A stretch of DNA of 64,000 nucleotides from contig NC_092674.1 of NCBI RefSeq assembly GCF_964355755.1, forward strand, positions 15,252,001 through 15,316,000, written 5' to 3'. Below the pieces are notes generated by a model that saw only the letters and a list, made by a program, of their open reading frames with translations, was not told where the DNA came from and searched no databases. Shown piece after piece: positions 25,164 through 38,000 of this stretch. The position numbers and the translations under genes are program-made. This stretch comes from Antedon mediterranea. Lineage: Eukaryota > Animalia > Echinodermata. Position 1 is the first letter of the stretch; each line of letters opens with the position of its first letter.

Positions 25164-26864
25164 TCTCCACAAATCAGAGAGATTCTGAATAATGTTAACT
25201 AATGTTTTAAAATTAATTTTGTCTGAGTACGTCCGACACGGAGCCATTTTGCTGTCATTCTTCGTTACCATAGCAACATTAAAAATATGTTTTTGGGAAA
25301 TAAATGTACTATCTAGTACATATACTTGGGACATCAAAGCAAAACTATATACACACATATTGATGATGGAAATATCATTAAAGTGTCTGAAATGTACGTC
25401 CGACATTATGAATTGCCCAGAGAGTAATATTTTTTTTTTTTGGAGAATGTGGATTTGGTGGAGAGAATTTTATTTTAAATTGAGACCAATCAGATGTTAC
25501 CAAGTAACCTACCAATCAAGTTATCAATCACCACACCTACCAAACAAGTTTACCAATTACCAATTGTCGAGAATTACAGATGTCCACTTGATGTTATTTA
25601 TATAATTGCTACAATAATCATATAAAACGATTTCTAAATACTAATTTAATGTTACAAAGAATAATTATTCTATAATTTGAAGAAATGGGACACTTCTCAG
25701 TGAGAGGGGGAATTAAATAATGTAACCCTCCCATACACAAGACATAACGTCCGATAGAGGGCAGCAGATAGAGATTGAGAAAGAAATAATTATAAGATGG
25801 AGCACATGTAGGCCTAGGCCTAGTCATAAATGTTCAGTCAGAATAAATCCATCCAAAACCACTATATTTGAAGTGTTTATATTCATTGTCGGAGTCCGGA
25901 ACATAACATTAGTATCAACGATATATCATATGTTATATCAGTAGCGCGCCAACAAAACAACCTTTAAAATAATAAATAGGCCTAGCTAGGGCCTACTAGA
26001 CTAGGGCCCTTAGGCCTAGTAGGCCTAGGCCAATTAAAACATGTTTACGAAGAATTATCCTAATTTGCATATTTTTAGTATGTAGTAGTAATTAATTAAA
26101 TACAATAAAAAAGAATCTTCATACCTCTGGACGTCTTCAATTCAAATACCGGATCCTAAACTAACTAATGTAACTTGCCATAATGAGCCCGTAGAATAGT
26201 CGCGTGTAGAGAAGATCAAGAAGCCAGCAGCAGCAGCAAATCAGGATAATTTCAGTTGTGTACCACCACCACCTCCTTGCGTGTTGTTGAATGAATTTGA
26301 GAGTCCGCACCATGCAGGCGTCGTGCATGGCAAGATACTTTTTTGGTAGGGCCAAATCAAGCAACACAATTTCCGAGAAAATTTTCCAACTTTTCAATGT
26401 TTTGATAATTATGAGGCCATAATAAGTTAATACTGTTTCCTTGATGCTAGCTAAATGCCACTAACTTGAAAATTAAAAGAGCATGTCAGCAGCTCGCCCA
26501 ACATTAAGATAAAAACAACGTGCGCCGTATCTCCTCAGCTCCCTTCTCGTCTTCGTCGTGTCAAAGAACTTATAACTTCTTTGAAGAGTTACTAATCTAG
26601 GGTTACATTAATGAATATTCATAGAAGCTCTCTACACATTGGGGGCGGATGATCATTGTGCCGACTATGTTTTTGAGTATTAGCTGCAAATCAGCCTATT
26701 AAAATTATTGTTATCCAGTTCAATCTATAATGGGCCCACGTACGTAACAAATAATGGGACCCATTAATACTAATAGGCCTAATTGCAAAGTTTTTAGCAA
26801 TCATTTGATTTTTTTGTTTATTTAGGCCTACATCTAAATTGAAAAATATAAATTGTATTAAGAG

Positions 26865-28009
26865 TAGGGATAACGATGTAAAATTAAAAGTTAATATTTT
26901 GCAAACAAATTATACATTGCCTGTTAGTATTTTGTATCAATATTATAATAAAGAAAGAATTATGAAAATATGACTTGTAGTTTTCGAAATATAGGGTTTA
27001 AAACATCGCCGAAAATGATCGTTTTTAGCCACGAACGATGTAAACAAATTGCGCCCCCAGTCGACAATTGTATGAACTAGTCATTTTTCGTAAAAATAAT
27101 TATATAAAATCACGGTTTTAAGTAATATATTTTGTATATCAACATTGTAAAATTCAATCAAATATGATAGTACTTATTTATTATATAAAAAAGAGTGTTT
27201 ATTTAACCTCATTCGAAGAATTTCAATGCATTATTTTCCCGTGTAATTGGACAGGCCTGACACCATGTGACTTCACGGCACTTGCGAGAAAATTATTCCG
27301 CTGTGTGTTGATTCGCGTCAACCAATCAAAGGGCGAGAATCCAAAATCGTTCAACCGTGAGACATGCGGAGCGGTCGAATGCGAAGGTTTGATTGGCTTG
27401 CGATGACATCATACCATAAAATGGCGTTTTTGTAGTTGAGCCTCTCGGAATTTTCCAAAAATTATTTTTAAAATGGACAAAACAGCTATTTTTCATGGTA
27501 TATGGGCTGTTACTATGAAATATTCGAATTATATAGACCTCATATCGGGATAAAACTGTTTTTTTAGCACTTAAAATTAATATTTTTCTTAGTAACAAGC
27601 ACATGGTATGTGGAACTATATTATCTTGGTGTAGGAATAAAATATATTTTGAGGTCATAAGAGGCTCAACTACAAAAATAAGGTTGAAAATGGTAGGTCA
27701 TTGAGCCTTCCGAGGGTTTCGTAGTAAACAAAAGCTATACGCGCTAGGCGATAACGATCTTTTAACCACTATATTAACATTTTTGGTTGAATGAAATGGA
27801 AATAAAAAATACTTGATCTTATAGAATAATAGGTAAATGAATATTTACTCAAAAGGATATTTTCATAATTAATTTATTTTCAGAATAATTACCTAATAAA
27901 AAGTGTTTACCAAAGTAAAAAAATACCGCGTCAATGACATTGCGCGCATAGTAACGTGCGCGCTGTTTAATCGTGGTAATGAAAATGGAGTCAGCTCTCG
28001 GTATCCCTA
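26865..28009. mobile_element. Non-autonomous hATw-like element
   Basis: TIRs TAGGGATAACGA / TCGGTATCCCTA and a 7-bp TSD TTAAGAG (26858-26864, 28010-28016). Internal inverted repeat TTTTTGTAGTTGAGCCTC / GAGGCTCAACTACAAAAA at about 27428 and 27661. Confidence 0.82.
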
Positions 28010-29237
28010 TTAAGAGGGATATAATTATTATGAAGGTATTTTATACCTCCATGTATATTATAAATATAATAACAAGAAATATTTCTTACAAAAACGCCGC
28101 TCGACATTTTAAAATTAATCACTAAAAAGTTATAATATGATCTGTAATAGGCCTACTTGTTAGATTTTTGTTCTAGAGTATCCATTGATTTAGCTAACTT
28201 TAATCCGTCATGCTGGAGGTGGTGAACTATCACAACATTGAAAATGGGGTTAGCTTTATTTATTTTATTTTATTATACTTAGGCCCCTACTTGGGGTTTT
28301 TTTTGTACACTTCTTTAAAACTTTTTTTTCTCTTCGATTCTCGTTTAAACTATTTCTGTACTTCTTTTTTTCAATTGGATTTTTTGCAATTAACAAATAA
28401 AAAATACAGGGTTAGCACTGTAGCTCCATTACTATTAAACATAGCTAGTTACAAAAATAGACTATTTAATACTTACTTGGCATTATAGCTTTTAACTCTT
28501 TCCGTAGCTTAATAAATAATTGTAGAAGTTTTTAGCCACAGAAACTTTGTAAATACCTACTTGGCATTTATGTAGTTCTTTCATTAAAAACGTTATTTTC
28601 TCATCTTTGTTTTTAAACTCGCCCGTCATTCTAAACAAAATAAAAATGTTTTAAGTGTTGAAAAATTATTAATTTTAAAATTAAAAATATAGCTCCAATA
28701 CTACAGTATTCAAACAAAGATGAACTTTTCAATACGTACTTGGCATTTACTGCTTTAAACTCCTTCTGTAAGTCTTTCTTTTTATTTTACACTTTCTTTA
28801 CTTCATCATCTTTAAATTCTTCCATCATTTTGAAATAAAGATTATCAAATCAAAAATATAGGAAACAATGGAAATGGAAGTAATTTTCCACTGATGAATG
28901 AATGTATGTATTAGAAGGCGACCGAAAACGTTGGCTCATTATGATTAAAAGAAAAACATATCCCACCTCTGCAGTCGCACATTTTTAAAAAATGATTTCT
29001 GTTATGAGTGTACTGGTTTTTATTAGACACTGATTAATTACGCCTGAGAATTGCCACTTGGAAAATAAATTGAAAGCAATTCGTTTGTATGAACGTATAT
29101 ATAAAACCTATTAAAATAGTATTTTTGTTAAATAAAGTTTGTTGTCTTCACCATTATGACAATTCTGTACTCAAGATGTTTAACCCATTCAGCTATTACT
29201 ATTTTGCAACTATTTCTCGTAATATTGTGTGCGGGTA

Positions 29238-29352
29238 TTTATAATCGCGTGCAAACGCGATTCTACGGCTCACTATGTCAGTCGGTTGGTCGGTCGGTAA
29301 ACACTATCTTAAATTTGCGCACGCGACTGCAGCCATGTATATGGCCTTGTTT
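29238..29352. mobile_element. Short HINE-like element (reverse orientation of the 38487 copy)
   Basis: Hairpin AATCGCGTGCAAACGCGATT, (GTCG)n, and end ATGTATATGGCCTTGTTT. Confidence 0.7.
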
Positions 29353-29970
29353 AGCATCAGTGTATACCATGATCGGAAAACACGCCTATTTGGGACAAAT
29401 CGTTGAATCTAAATTCGATTTGTCAATTTTTTTATTTTTTTTTTCATTTCATTTATTTCGTCTCACATAATTATAACAAAAAAAAAACAAACAATACAGA
29501 GAGACAGGATTCCCAAAAGCGAACTAAATCAAACTATCGAGTGGGTCTCCAGCAAAACAAAATCAATCAACAATAAAATATAAAATTACAACATTAAAAA
29601 CAACGTGAAGATTAAAAAAGTACAAAATATCTATACAAAAGTATAACCCAAGACATTATTATTATTATTATTATTAGTGTTATTATTATTATTATTATTA
29701 TTACTGGATATAATTATCACAGATATCAAATGAAGTTTCAATTTTCGCGGATTAATGGCCGATAGTTGTAAAAGAATAAAAGGAAATATTTAACTAAAAA
29801 TATTTAGCTAAATAAATGTAAATTTAACTAATACAATAACTAATTAAAACAAGGTTACATTTTTAGGTGGTTAAAATCAGTAGGTAAGTAACGAATTATG
29901 GACCAACTTTTTATACCATCGAGTAAATTCTATAGAAGCAACGCGCGATTTATCATATTTTGCCCGTATG
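29353..29970 (-). mobile_element. Fragments of the Helitron family seen at 53.7-59.2 kb, interrupted by a minus-strand L2-like 3' tail (about 29440-29640)
   Basis: CAGTGTATACCATGATCGGAAAACACGCCTATTTGGG matches 56029. GGTTAAAATCAGTA...ATACCATCGAGT...CGCGATTTA..TTTTGCCC matches 56151-56240. TTTCATTTCATTTATT is a reversed AATAAATGAAATG tail. Confidence 0.65.
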
Positions 29971-30029
29971 GTTTTAATGAAGCCACTTTTACTGATATCC
30001 TTCCTATCTTTTAACACTAGCAGGTCTGA

Positions 30030-30219
30030 AAAGTATACTAAAAAGTGGTCCAGAATTGGGACCATGGTCCCAACATTTAATGGAATGGTCCTTGACCACA
30101 TATCTATCTGTATATTCATTTTGGTAAAGATCTCATAATTACTTTTTGAGTAATCCTGCTAACAAACAAACAGACAAACACACGCGGCAGATTACATATA
30201 CCTCCTTGGCGGAGGTAAA
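30030..30219. mobile_element. Helentron-like non-autonomous element end
   Basis: TGAGTAATCCTGCTAACAAACAAACAGACAAAC... ending in the hairpin ACCTCCTTGGCGGAGGT followed by AA. Confidence 0.6.
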
Positions 30220-30239
30220 AGACAGAATAAATGGGTTAA

Positions 30240-30400
30240 ATTCAACCAAAACCCCACTGACATCTAGTAAATTTGACTATTTTTTGCTTTTAATTACAGT
30301 TTTATATGTATTTTTTATCCAATTTTGAAAGTGAATAACTATTATGTTAAATATTCAACAAAAACATTAAAACAAATGATTTTTTTAGGACAATACATCT
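30240..30400. mobile_element. Right end of a Kolobok-like element related to 2846-3358
   Basis: GAAAGTGAATAACTATTATG and GGACAATACATCT|TTAA match 3292-3362. Another similar end lies at about 52538-52556. Confidence 0.65.
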
Positions 30401-30549
30401 TTAAGTGAACAACATATAGTAACTCTTTCTTCTATATTTTGTACATGTGTGTTGAGTCATTTGTGTTTTTCATGTTGTGTGTGATAATTACAGTTACATT
30501 ATAAACATTCTACAATAGCAAAACAATTTTCTTGCAAAATATTTAATAC

Positions 30550-31210
30550 AAAATAACCAATATCTACTACATTACATTTAAACATACATTAATAGACTAT
30601 ACTTTATACAAAAATATTATTACATATAAAAAAATAAAAGTGAAAAAGATCATTGTCTTCTGAGTTTACAAAACTTCTAATGTCAAAACACTAATACACT
30701 TTTTTCCTACATTACATTACTAGACTATTTATGAAGACAATACTAATTTAAACTATTATTAAACTATAATTAATACATATAAAATATATTTAACATCTAC
30801 AAATTATAGACCAAGTTTTATAATTTACAAAACTACTGAATTTAAACCATTTGATAAAAAATAACCAATATCTACTACATTGTATTAAACATTAAATTAC
30901 TATACTATTTATTAAGACAATACTAATTTAAACTATTATTAAACTATAATTAATATATATAAAATATATTTAACATCTACAAATTATAAACCAAGTTTAT
31001 AATTTACAGTACTAAACAGTACTAAATTTAAAAAATTTAATAAAAAATAACCAATATCTACTACGTTGTATTAAACATTAAATTACTAGACTATTTATCA
31101 AGACAATATTAATTTATACAAAATAGTATCAAAACATATAAAATGCACTTAACTACAAATTACAGACTAAAGGACGAATTGTCTTCTGAGTTTACAACAA
31201 TACTAAATGC
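30550..31210. repeat. Degenerate tandem repeat of about 180 bp (about 4 copies) downstream of the mucin stop
   Basis: AAAATAACCAATATCTACTAC near 30551, 30858 and 31044. The blocks at 30721 and 30901 are nearly identical. Confidence 0.75.
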
Positions 31211-31732
31211 AAATCTAGAACAGACATTTTACAACTATAACAAAACATTAAGATATGTATTATAATACTGTACTTTTTAAAGATACAGTAGTTTTAATAA
31301 TGCATCAACAACAGTATACACAATCTAAGAAAATAAACATTATCACAAACCATACCAATACATACCTAACACTTTAAAAACAAATAGCCAAGGAAAGTTA
31401 GAAAATATAAAAAAAAATCAATTTTAGAGAACAACAAAAATATATAATTTAAGTATACTGCAAAATGTTTAAAATTGAGTTGCACTGGAAAACATGCTTG
31501 TTAATTAGATGACACTCATGTTTACCTATTTTTTATGTATGAAAATAATTTAAGTACAAAACTAAAGCAATTGAATATAGTACAAAGAAGTTGCTATCCA
31601 AATCACATTCATTTCTGCCAATGTTCTACCTTTTATTGCATTCACAAGAAATGTATGCTGTAAAATCAATTTCAAATTATAGCCATGAGCATGGTTACTG
31701 TATCTAATTTATATTTGCATGACATCACTGAT

Positions 31733-32052
31733 TTAACCTTTTGGATTATAGGGCATCTTGTGATATGGATTTCCACAATCACACAGAACAGCATGCTCAA
31801 CCATCATAGTAGTTTGTCTTCCATCTAAGCAAATTAAAGTCTGTTCAACTTCTGTAAGTTGAGATGCATTACAAGTATCTCCAACTAACTTTATCTGCAT
31901 AACATTCTCAAGAACCTTTCCAAAGGCTTTTGTACCGGATGTACATCTTCCTCTGCATTGTGTAGAAACTACTTCAGTTACGCAAGCTAAGCCATCCAGA
32001 TCAAACTCAACTTCAGTAGTTTTAGTAATAGCACTGCATGTTCCTGATTTAG
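31733..32052 (-). CDS. Mucin last exon: C-terminal cystine knot with 8 Cys
   Basis: [56 protein letters not shown]. The CxGxC and CxC knot motifs are present. Confidence 0.88.
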
Positions 32053-35000
32053 CTGTGGATAAATTTATTTTAGGCCATGTTAATATTGTTGATTATTAAT
32101 AATAAAAAAAAAAACAAGTGTGAAATGTATACGACATTATACAAATAATAAACAGTTATTGACGGCACACACTGTAGGTAGGTTGGATCAGTCACTGCCT
32201 TGTTTTGCAAAAAATACTAAACATTTTTATATGTAATAGTACCATTAAATATAATTTGTCCATGTACTAGAACTAAAACTGACATTTATTTCACCTATTT
32301 AATATAGGACAGTGGATAATTTACTATTAGTAATCTTTGGCCACATATGCTGAAAGACATAGAATAAATAGAATAACAAGAAAGAACTTACAGCATGAAA
32401 CACAACTACCATCACCAGGAATGGAGCCTTCAGCTTGCATTCCAGTAGGACACATGCACTGAGACACCTGTTGACTATTTAAACAAGATTCTTCGCTGCA
32501 AGACTGCGTTGGACAAACACACTGCTTATAAACAAGATCAACTGTACCCCCATATGAGAATACTGATCCACAAGAAATGGCTAAAAATAAAACATTACAA
32601 ATAACATGTTAGCACATAATATTAATTGAAATACTTTAACAAGTAGCTTTATCTTAATTGTCTGGGTTCTTTTGTAAATAATAGATTGAATTTGCCTGCT
32701 CTTGTTCAGAATAATCCAAACTAATAATTATGGAGAAATTTTAATTGTGGAATCGCAGGTCAAACATCAAACATTAAAGTGGAAAATGGAAAACAATACA
32801 CTATTTAGCAAAAATAGCGAAAAAAATAACCATAAAGAAAAAAAATACACAGTATTAAATACAATATTGGTTTCGTGAACAATAAATGCCATCAAATATA
32901 CATAAAAATACTTACGACATAGATTATCACTTCTCCATTCCAGACAGATTCCATGTAAACTCTGGCATTTATTGGCATAGCTCTCTAGATATGCACATGT
33001 ATCAGAATTGCATGTTTCTTTGCAGTCATCTATATAATCGTCAGGATTAATGAAGTTATGGCATGGCTTGAATACATCAGAAACCAGTAGTTCACACTGT
33101 GATGTTATACTTGTTGGGCATACAAACTCAGTGGTGACTTCTTCTGTTGTCGTAGGTGGAACTGGTGTTGTTGCTAGTGAAAGATGAAAATTTAAGTTAA
33201 TAAGAATTTATAGAAAATATTTATCAAAACTGAATTTGTACTTGTATGGTTTCAAATACAGTATATTATAGGTCGGAAATCAGGTCAATAATATTTTTTA
33301 GTAAAACTAAGAACTTATTTGGACGAAATTATAGTGATAGTATAAAATAAAGGTACTGTACACGTACGACATGGTTGGCAGCGGCCCGAGATTAATTCAG
33401 ATCCTGGCGGACAAGTACATTCAGACACCATCAATGCAGGAGAACATGAGTCATCAATCCCACAATGCTCTTCATTACGACAGATACATGATCTGAATTC
33501 TTGATCAGAGGGACAATCAACAGCTAAAATATCAAAAAGAAAGTGAAATCAATTATTAGTCTATAATAACATATGTAGCTTATCACAGTTGTCAGTTTTA
33601 GTTTCAGTTTTGGATATCAATGGGTAATTTAAAACTTTTTTCATTTTTAGAATTATTGTTTTTCAAATTTCAATACTTACGACATAGCCCATTAGACCTC
33701 CAATCCATACATATACCAATGTTTTGACATATTTGAGCATATGTTTCAAGAACACTACACTCGTTGCAAGACATGTGTGCAGCTTGGCAGCTAGCATAGA
33801 ACAAGTCCGGATTCATGATACCGTGACATGGCTTAAAGCGATCTGAATATAAAGCACTACACAAGTTTTGACAATCAGTTACTGTTGTCTCAGGAACAGC
33901 TTTTGTTGGCAGAGTAGTTGGTGGAATAGCCAATGCTAAAAGATAACAATTTGTAGTATACAGTATTGTATATTATAATATGATAAAGATTTAATTACTT
34001 ACAATAACATAATTCCTAATATAGAACAAACATGTTGAATTAATTTCATTATTTCAATAGAAAACGCTCTAAATTGTCAAATAGTTTTAATTAAGTTAAT
34101 TGTAATCTTGATAAATAGTGTGGCATCGTTGAACATATATTTAATTGAATTGTTTCAATTGAAATTAATAATTTATTATTATAATTGTATATTACACTTA
34201 TCTAAATATTTTCTCAATTTAATTAGGATGTTGATAATTTAAAGTCCCAACAAAATAGGTTAATGTTGAAAAAGACTTACCACATTCATCATTTGTCCAT
34301 TCAATATTAAGCCCATAATGAGAGCATCGAGTAGCATAGGTTTCAATAATTATACAGTCAGAGCAAAGAGAATGTTCAGCTTCACACATGAGGTAATAAA
34401 GTTCTGGGTTTACAAAGAAATGACATTGTTCAAAAGCAGCACTGAAGACATCAGAACAATAGTTAGAGCAATGGGTTGTAGACCCTTGTGGAATGCTAGT
34501 GATTGGTACAGATGTTGTTTTATATGATGATTGGGTTGTAGCTCTGTCAGTAGCTCCAGATTGTCCTTGAGTTGTACTTTCTGCCATGGCAGATGATGAT
34601 TTATTTGTATGTTCTGCAAAGTCAGAAGGTCCAGAGTTCGCTCGAGTTGTACTATCTGCCATGCGAGTAGCTCCAGATGGTGATTGAGTTGTACTATGTA
34701 CCATGCGAGTACCTCCAGATGGTGATTGAGTTGTACTATCTGCAATGCGAGTAGCTCCAGATGGTGATTGAGTTGTACTACCTGCCATGCCAGTAGCTCC
34801 AGATGGTGATTGTGTTGTACTATCTGCCATGCGAGTAGCTCCAGATGGTGATTGTGTTGTACTATCTGCAATGCCAGTAGCTCCAGATGGTGATTGTGTT
34901 GTACTATCTTCAATGCCAGTAGCTCCAAATGGTGATTGTGTTGTACTATCTGCCATTTGAGTATCTCCAGATGGTGATTGAGTTGTACTATCTGCCATTC

Positions 35001-38000
35001 GAGTAGCTCCAGATGGTGATTGTGTTGTACTATCTGCCATTCGAGTAGCTCCAGATAGTGATTGTGTTGTACTATCTGCCATGCGAGTAGCTCCAGATGG
35101 TGATTGTGTTGTACTATCTGCAATGCCAGTAGCTCCAGATGGTGATTGTGTTGTACTATCTGCAATGCCAGTAGCTCCAGATGGTGATTGTGTTGTACTA
35201 TCTGCCATTCGAGTATCTCCAGATGGTGATTGTGTTGTACTATCTGCCATGCGAGTAGCTCCAGATGGTGATTGAGTTGTACTATCTGCCATTCGAGTAG
35301 CTCCAGATGGTGATTGTGTTGTACTATCTGCCATTCGAGTAGCTCCAGATAGTGATTGTGTTGTACTATCTGCCATGCGAGTAGCTCCAGATGGTGATTG
35401 TGTTGTACTATCTGCAATGCCAGTAGCTCCAGATGGTGATTGTGTTGTACTATCTGCAATGCCAGTAGCTCCAGATGGTGATTGTGTTGTACTATCTGCA
35501 ATGCCAGTAGCTCCAGATGGTGATTGTGTTGTACTATCTGCAATGCCAGTAGCTCCAGATGGTGATTGTGTTGTACTATCTGCAATGCCAGTAGCTCCAG
35601 ATGGTGATTGTGTTGTACTATCTGCCATTCGAGTATCTCCAGATGGTGATTGTGTTGTACTATCTGCCATGCGAGTAGCTCCAGATGGTGATTGAGTTGT
35701 ACTATCTGCCATTCGAGTAGCTCCAGATGGTGATTGTGTTGTACTATCTGCAATGCCAGTAGCTCCAGATGGTAATTGAGTTGTACGATCGGTCATGCCA
35801 GTATCTCCAGATGGAGATTGTGTTGTACTATATGCCATTTTAGTAGCTTCAGATTGTGCTTGAGTTTTACTTTCTGCAAGGTCTGTAGCTCCAGATGAAG
35901 ATTGTGTTGCACTCTCTTCCATGCGAGTAGCTCCAGATGGTAATTGAGTGGTACTCTCTACAATGCCAGTAGCTCCAGATGCTGATTGAGTTGTACTATC
36001 TGCAATGTCAGTAGCTCCAGATGATAATTGTGTTGTACTATCTGCAATGCGAGTATCTCCAGATGGTGATTGAGTTGTACTATCTGCAATGTCAGTAGCT
36101 CCAGATGGTGATTGTGTTGTACTGTCTGCCATGCGAGTAGCTCCAGATGATAATTGTGTTGTACTATCTGATATGTCATTAGCTCCAGATGGTGACTGAG
36201 TTGTACTATCTGCCATGCGAGTATCTCCAGATGGTAATTGAGTTGTACTATCTGATATGTCAGTAGCTCCAGATGGTAATTGTGTTGTTCTATCTGCCAA
36301 GCGAGTAGCTCCAGATGATAATTGTGTTGTACTATCTGCAATGCGAGTATCTCCAGATGGTGATTGAGTTGTACTATCTGCAATATGAGTAGCTCCAGAT
36401 GGTGATAGTGTTGTACTATCTGCAATGCGAGTATCTCCAGATGCTGATTGAGTTGTACTATCTGCAATGTCAGTAGCTCCAGATGATAATTGTGTTGTAC
36501 TATTTGCAATGCGAGTACCTCCAGATGCTAATTGAGTGGTACTATCTGCAATGCCAGTAGCTCCAGATGGTGATTGTGTTGTATTATCTGCCATGCGAGT
36601 GACTCCAGATGGTAATTGTGTTGTACTATCTGCCATGCGAGTAGCTCCAGATGGTAATTGAGTTGTACTCTCTGCCATGCGAGTAGCTCCAGATGGTAAT
36701 TGAGTTGTACTCTCTGGAATGTCAGTAGCTCCAGATGGTGATTGAGTTGTACTATCTGCCATGCTAGTAGCTTCAGATGGTGATTGAGTTGTACTCTCTG
36801 CAATGTCAGTAGCTCCAGATGTTGATTGTGCTGAACTATCTGCAATGTCAGTAGCTCCAGATGATAATTGTGTTGTACTATCTGCAATGCGAGTATCTCC
36901 AGATGGTGATTGAGTTGTACTATCTGCAATGTCAGTAGCTCCAGATGGTGATTGAGTTGTACGATCTGCAAATTCAGAAGATACAGATTGTGCTCGAGTT
37001 GTACTATCTGCCATGCCAGTAGCTCCAGATGGTGATTGAGTTTTAATATCGGCAATACCAGTAGCTCCAGATGGTGATTGAGTTGTACTATCTGCAATGC
37101 CAGTAGCTCCAGATGTTGATTGTGTTGCACTATCTGCCATGCTAGTAGCTCCAGATGGTGATTGAGTTGTACTATCTGCAATGCCAGTAGCTCCAGATGG
37201 TGATTGAGTTTTACTATCTACCATGCGAGTATCTCCAGATGGTGATTGTGTTGTACTATCTGCCATGCCAGTAGCTCCAGATGGTGATTGTGTTGTACTA
37301 TCTGCAATGTCAGTAGCTCCAGATGGTGATTGAGTTGTACTATCTGCAATGCCAGTAGCTCCAGATGGAGATTGAGTTGTTGTCTGAGTGAGATCTATAT
37401 GCCCTCGTGTAGTATGTATTTTCAGAGTTGTACTTTCTGGAGTAGTAAGTGATGTTGTTTCAACTGGAATGAAAATTAATGTTAAAATTTACTATGATAT
37501 CCTTACAAAAACGATTTTAGAAGACTGTTTTTTTTAATGTATGTACCACAGGACTGTAATACATTATCGTTTACAGAAACGAATAAATAGACACGATGAT
37601 TTATGTAGTCAACTAAAATTAGCACTCTGAAAATTACTTCCCAAAGAGAAACTTGTCATAAAATGAGACAATTTTTTTTGATTTGGACTCATTTAAACAA
37701 ACCTAATTTGTGTTTTGTATGTAAAATTAGGGTTTGATGGGAAAGAGGATGGGTACAAAGAGGAACAATTTTTAAATATATTCTTTATCCACTTTATCCA
37801 ATATTTTGTTATGTTTCATAGGCCTAAAAATAATATACCACTAAATACAGTGAAACATTTGCGATTTAATACTTTTTTAAAACTGCTACTGTCATTGATT
37901 GAAAGACTAAAGTACAATACACCACTAAGATGTTTATTTTTTTTCTTCATGTAGTAGCAGTAACAGACCTAGACCAGTACAGCTTGGTTTTATAACATGT

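Larger units (their letters stand above)
13494..25418 (+). mobile_element. Sola2 DNA transposon carrying two nested insertions
   Basis: Ends GGGCAATTCCATAAT / ATTATGAATTGCCC with the 4-bp TSD AGAG (13490-13493, 25419-25422). The subterminal motif GTACGTCCGACA recurs near both ends. The transposase is split between 15528 and 25163. Confidence 0.88.

Noticed and set aside
28029-28053. TATGAAGGTATTTTATACCTCCATG as a fourth P-like footprint
   Set aside because: The arms are imperfect and no clean flanking duplication is visible.
34410-37181. His/Leu-rich ORFs ([12 protein letters not shown]) and plus-strand [12 protein letters not shown] ORFs
   Set aside because: Alternative frames of the 42-bp mucin repeat, interrupted by stops. 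Only the Ser/Thr frame is continuous and splices correctly.
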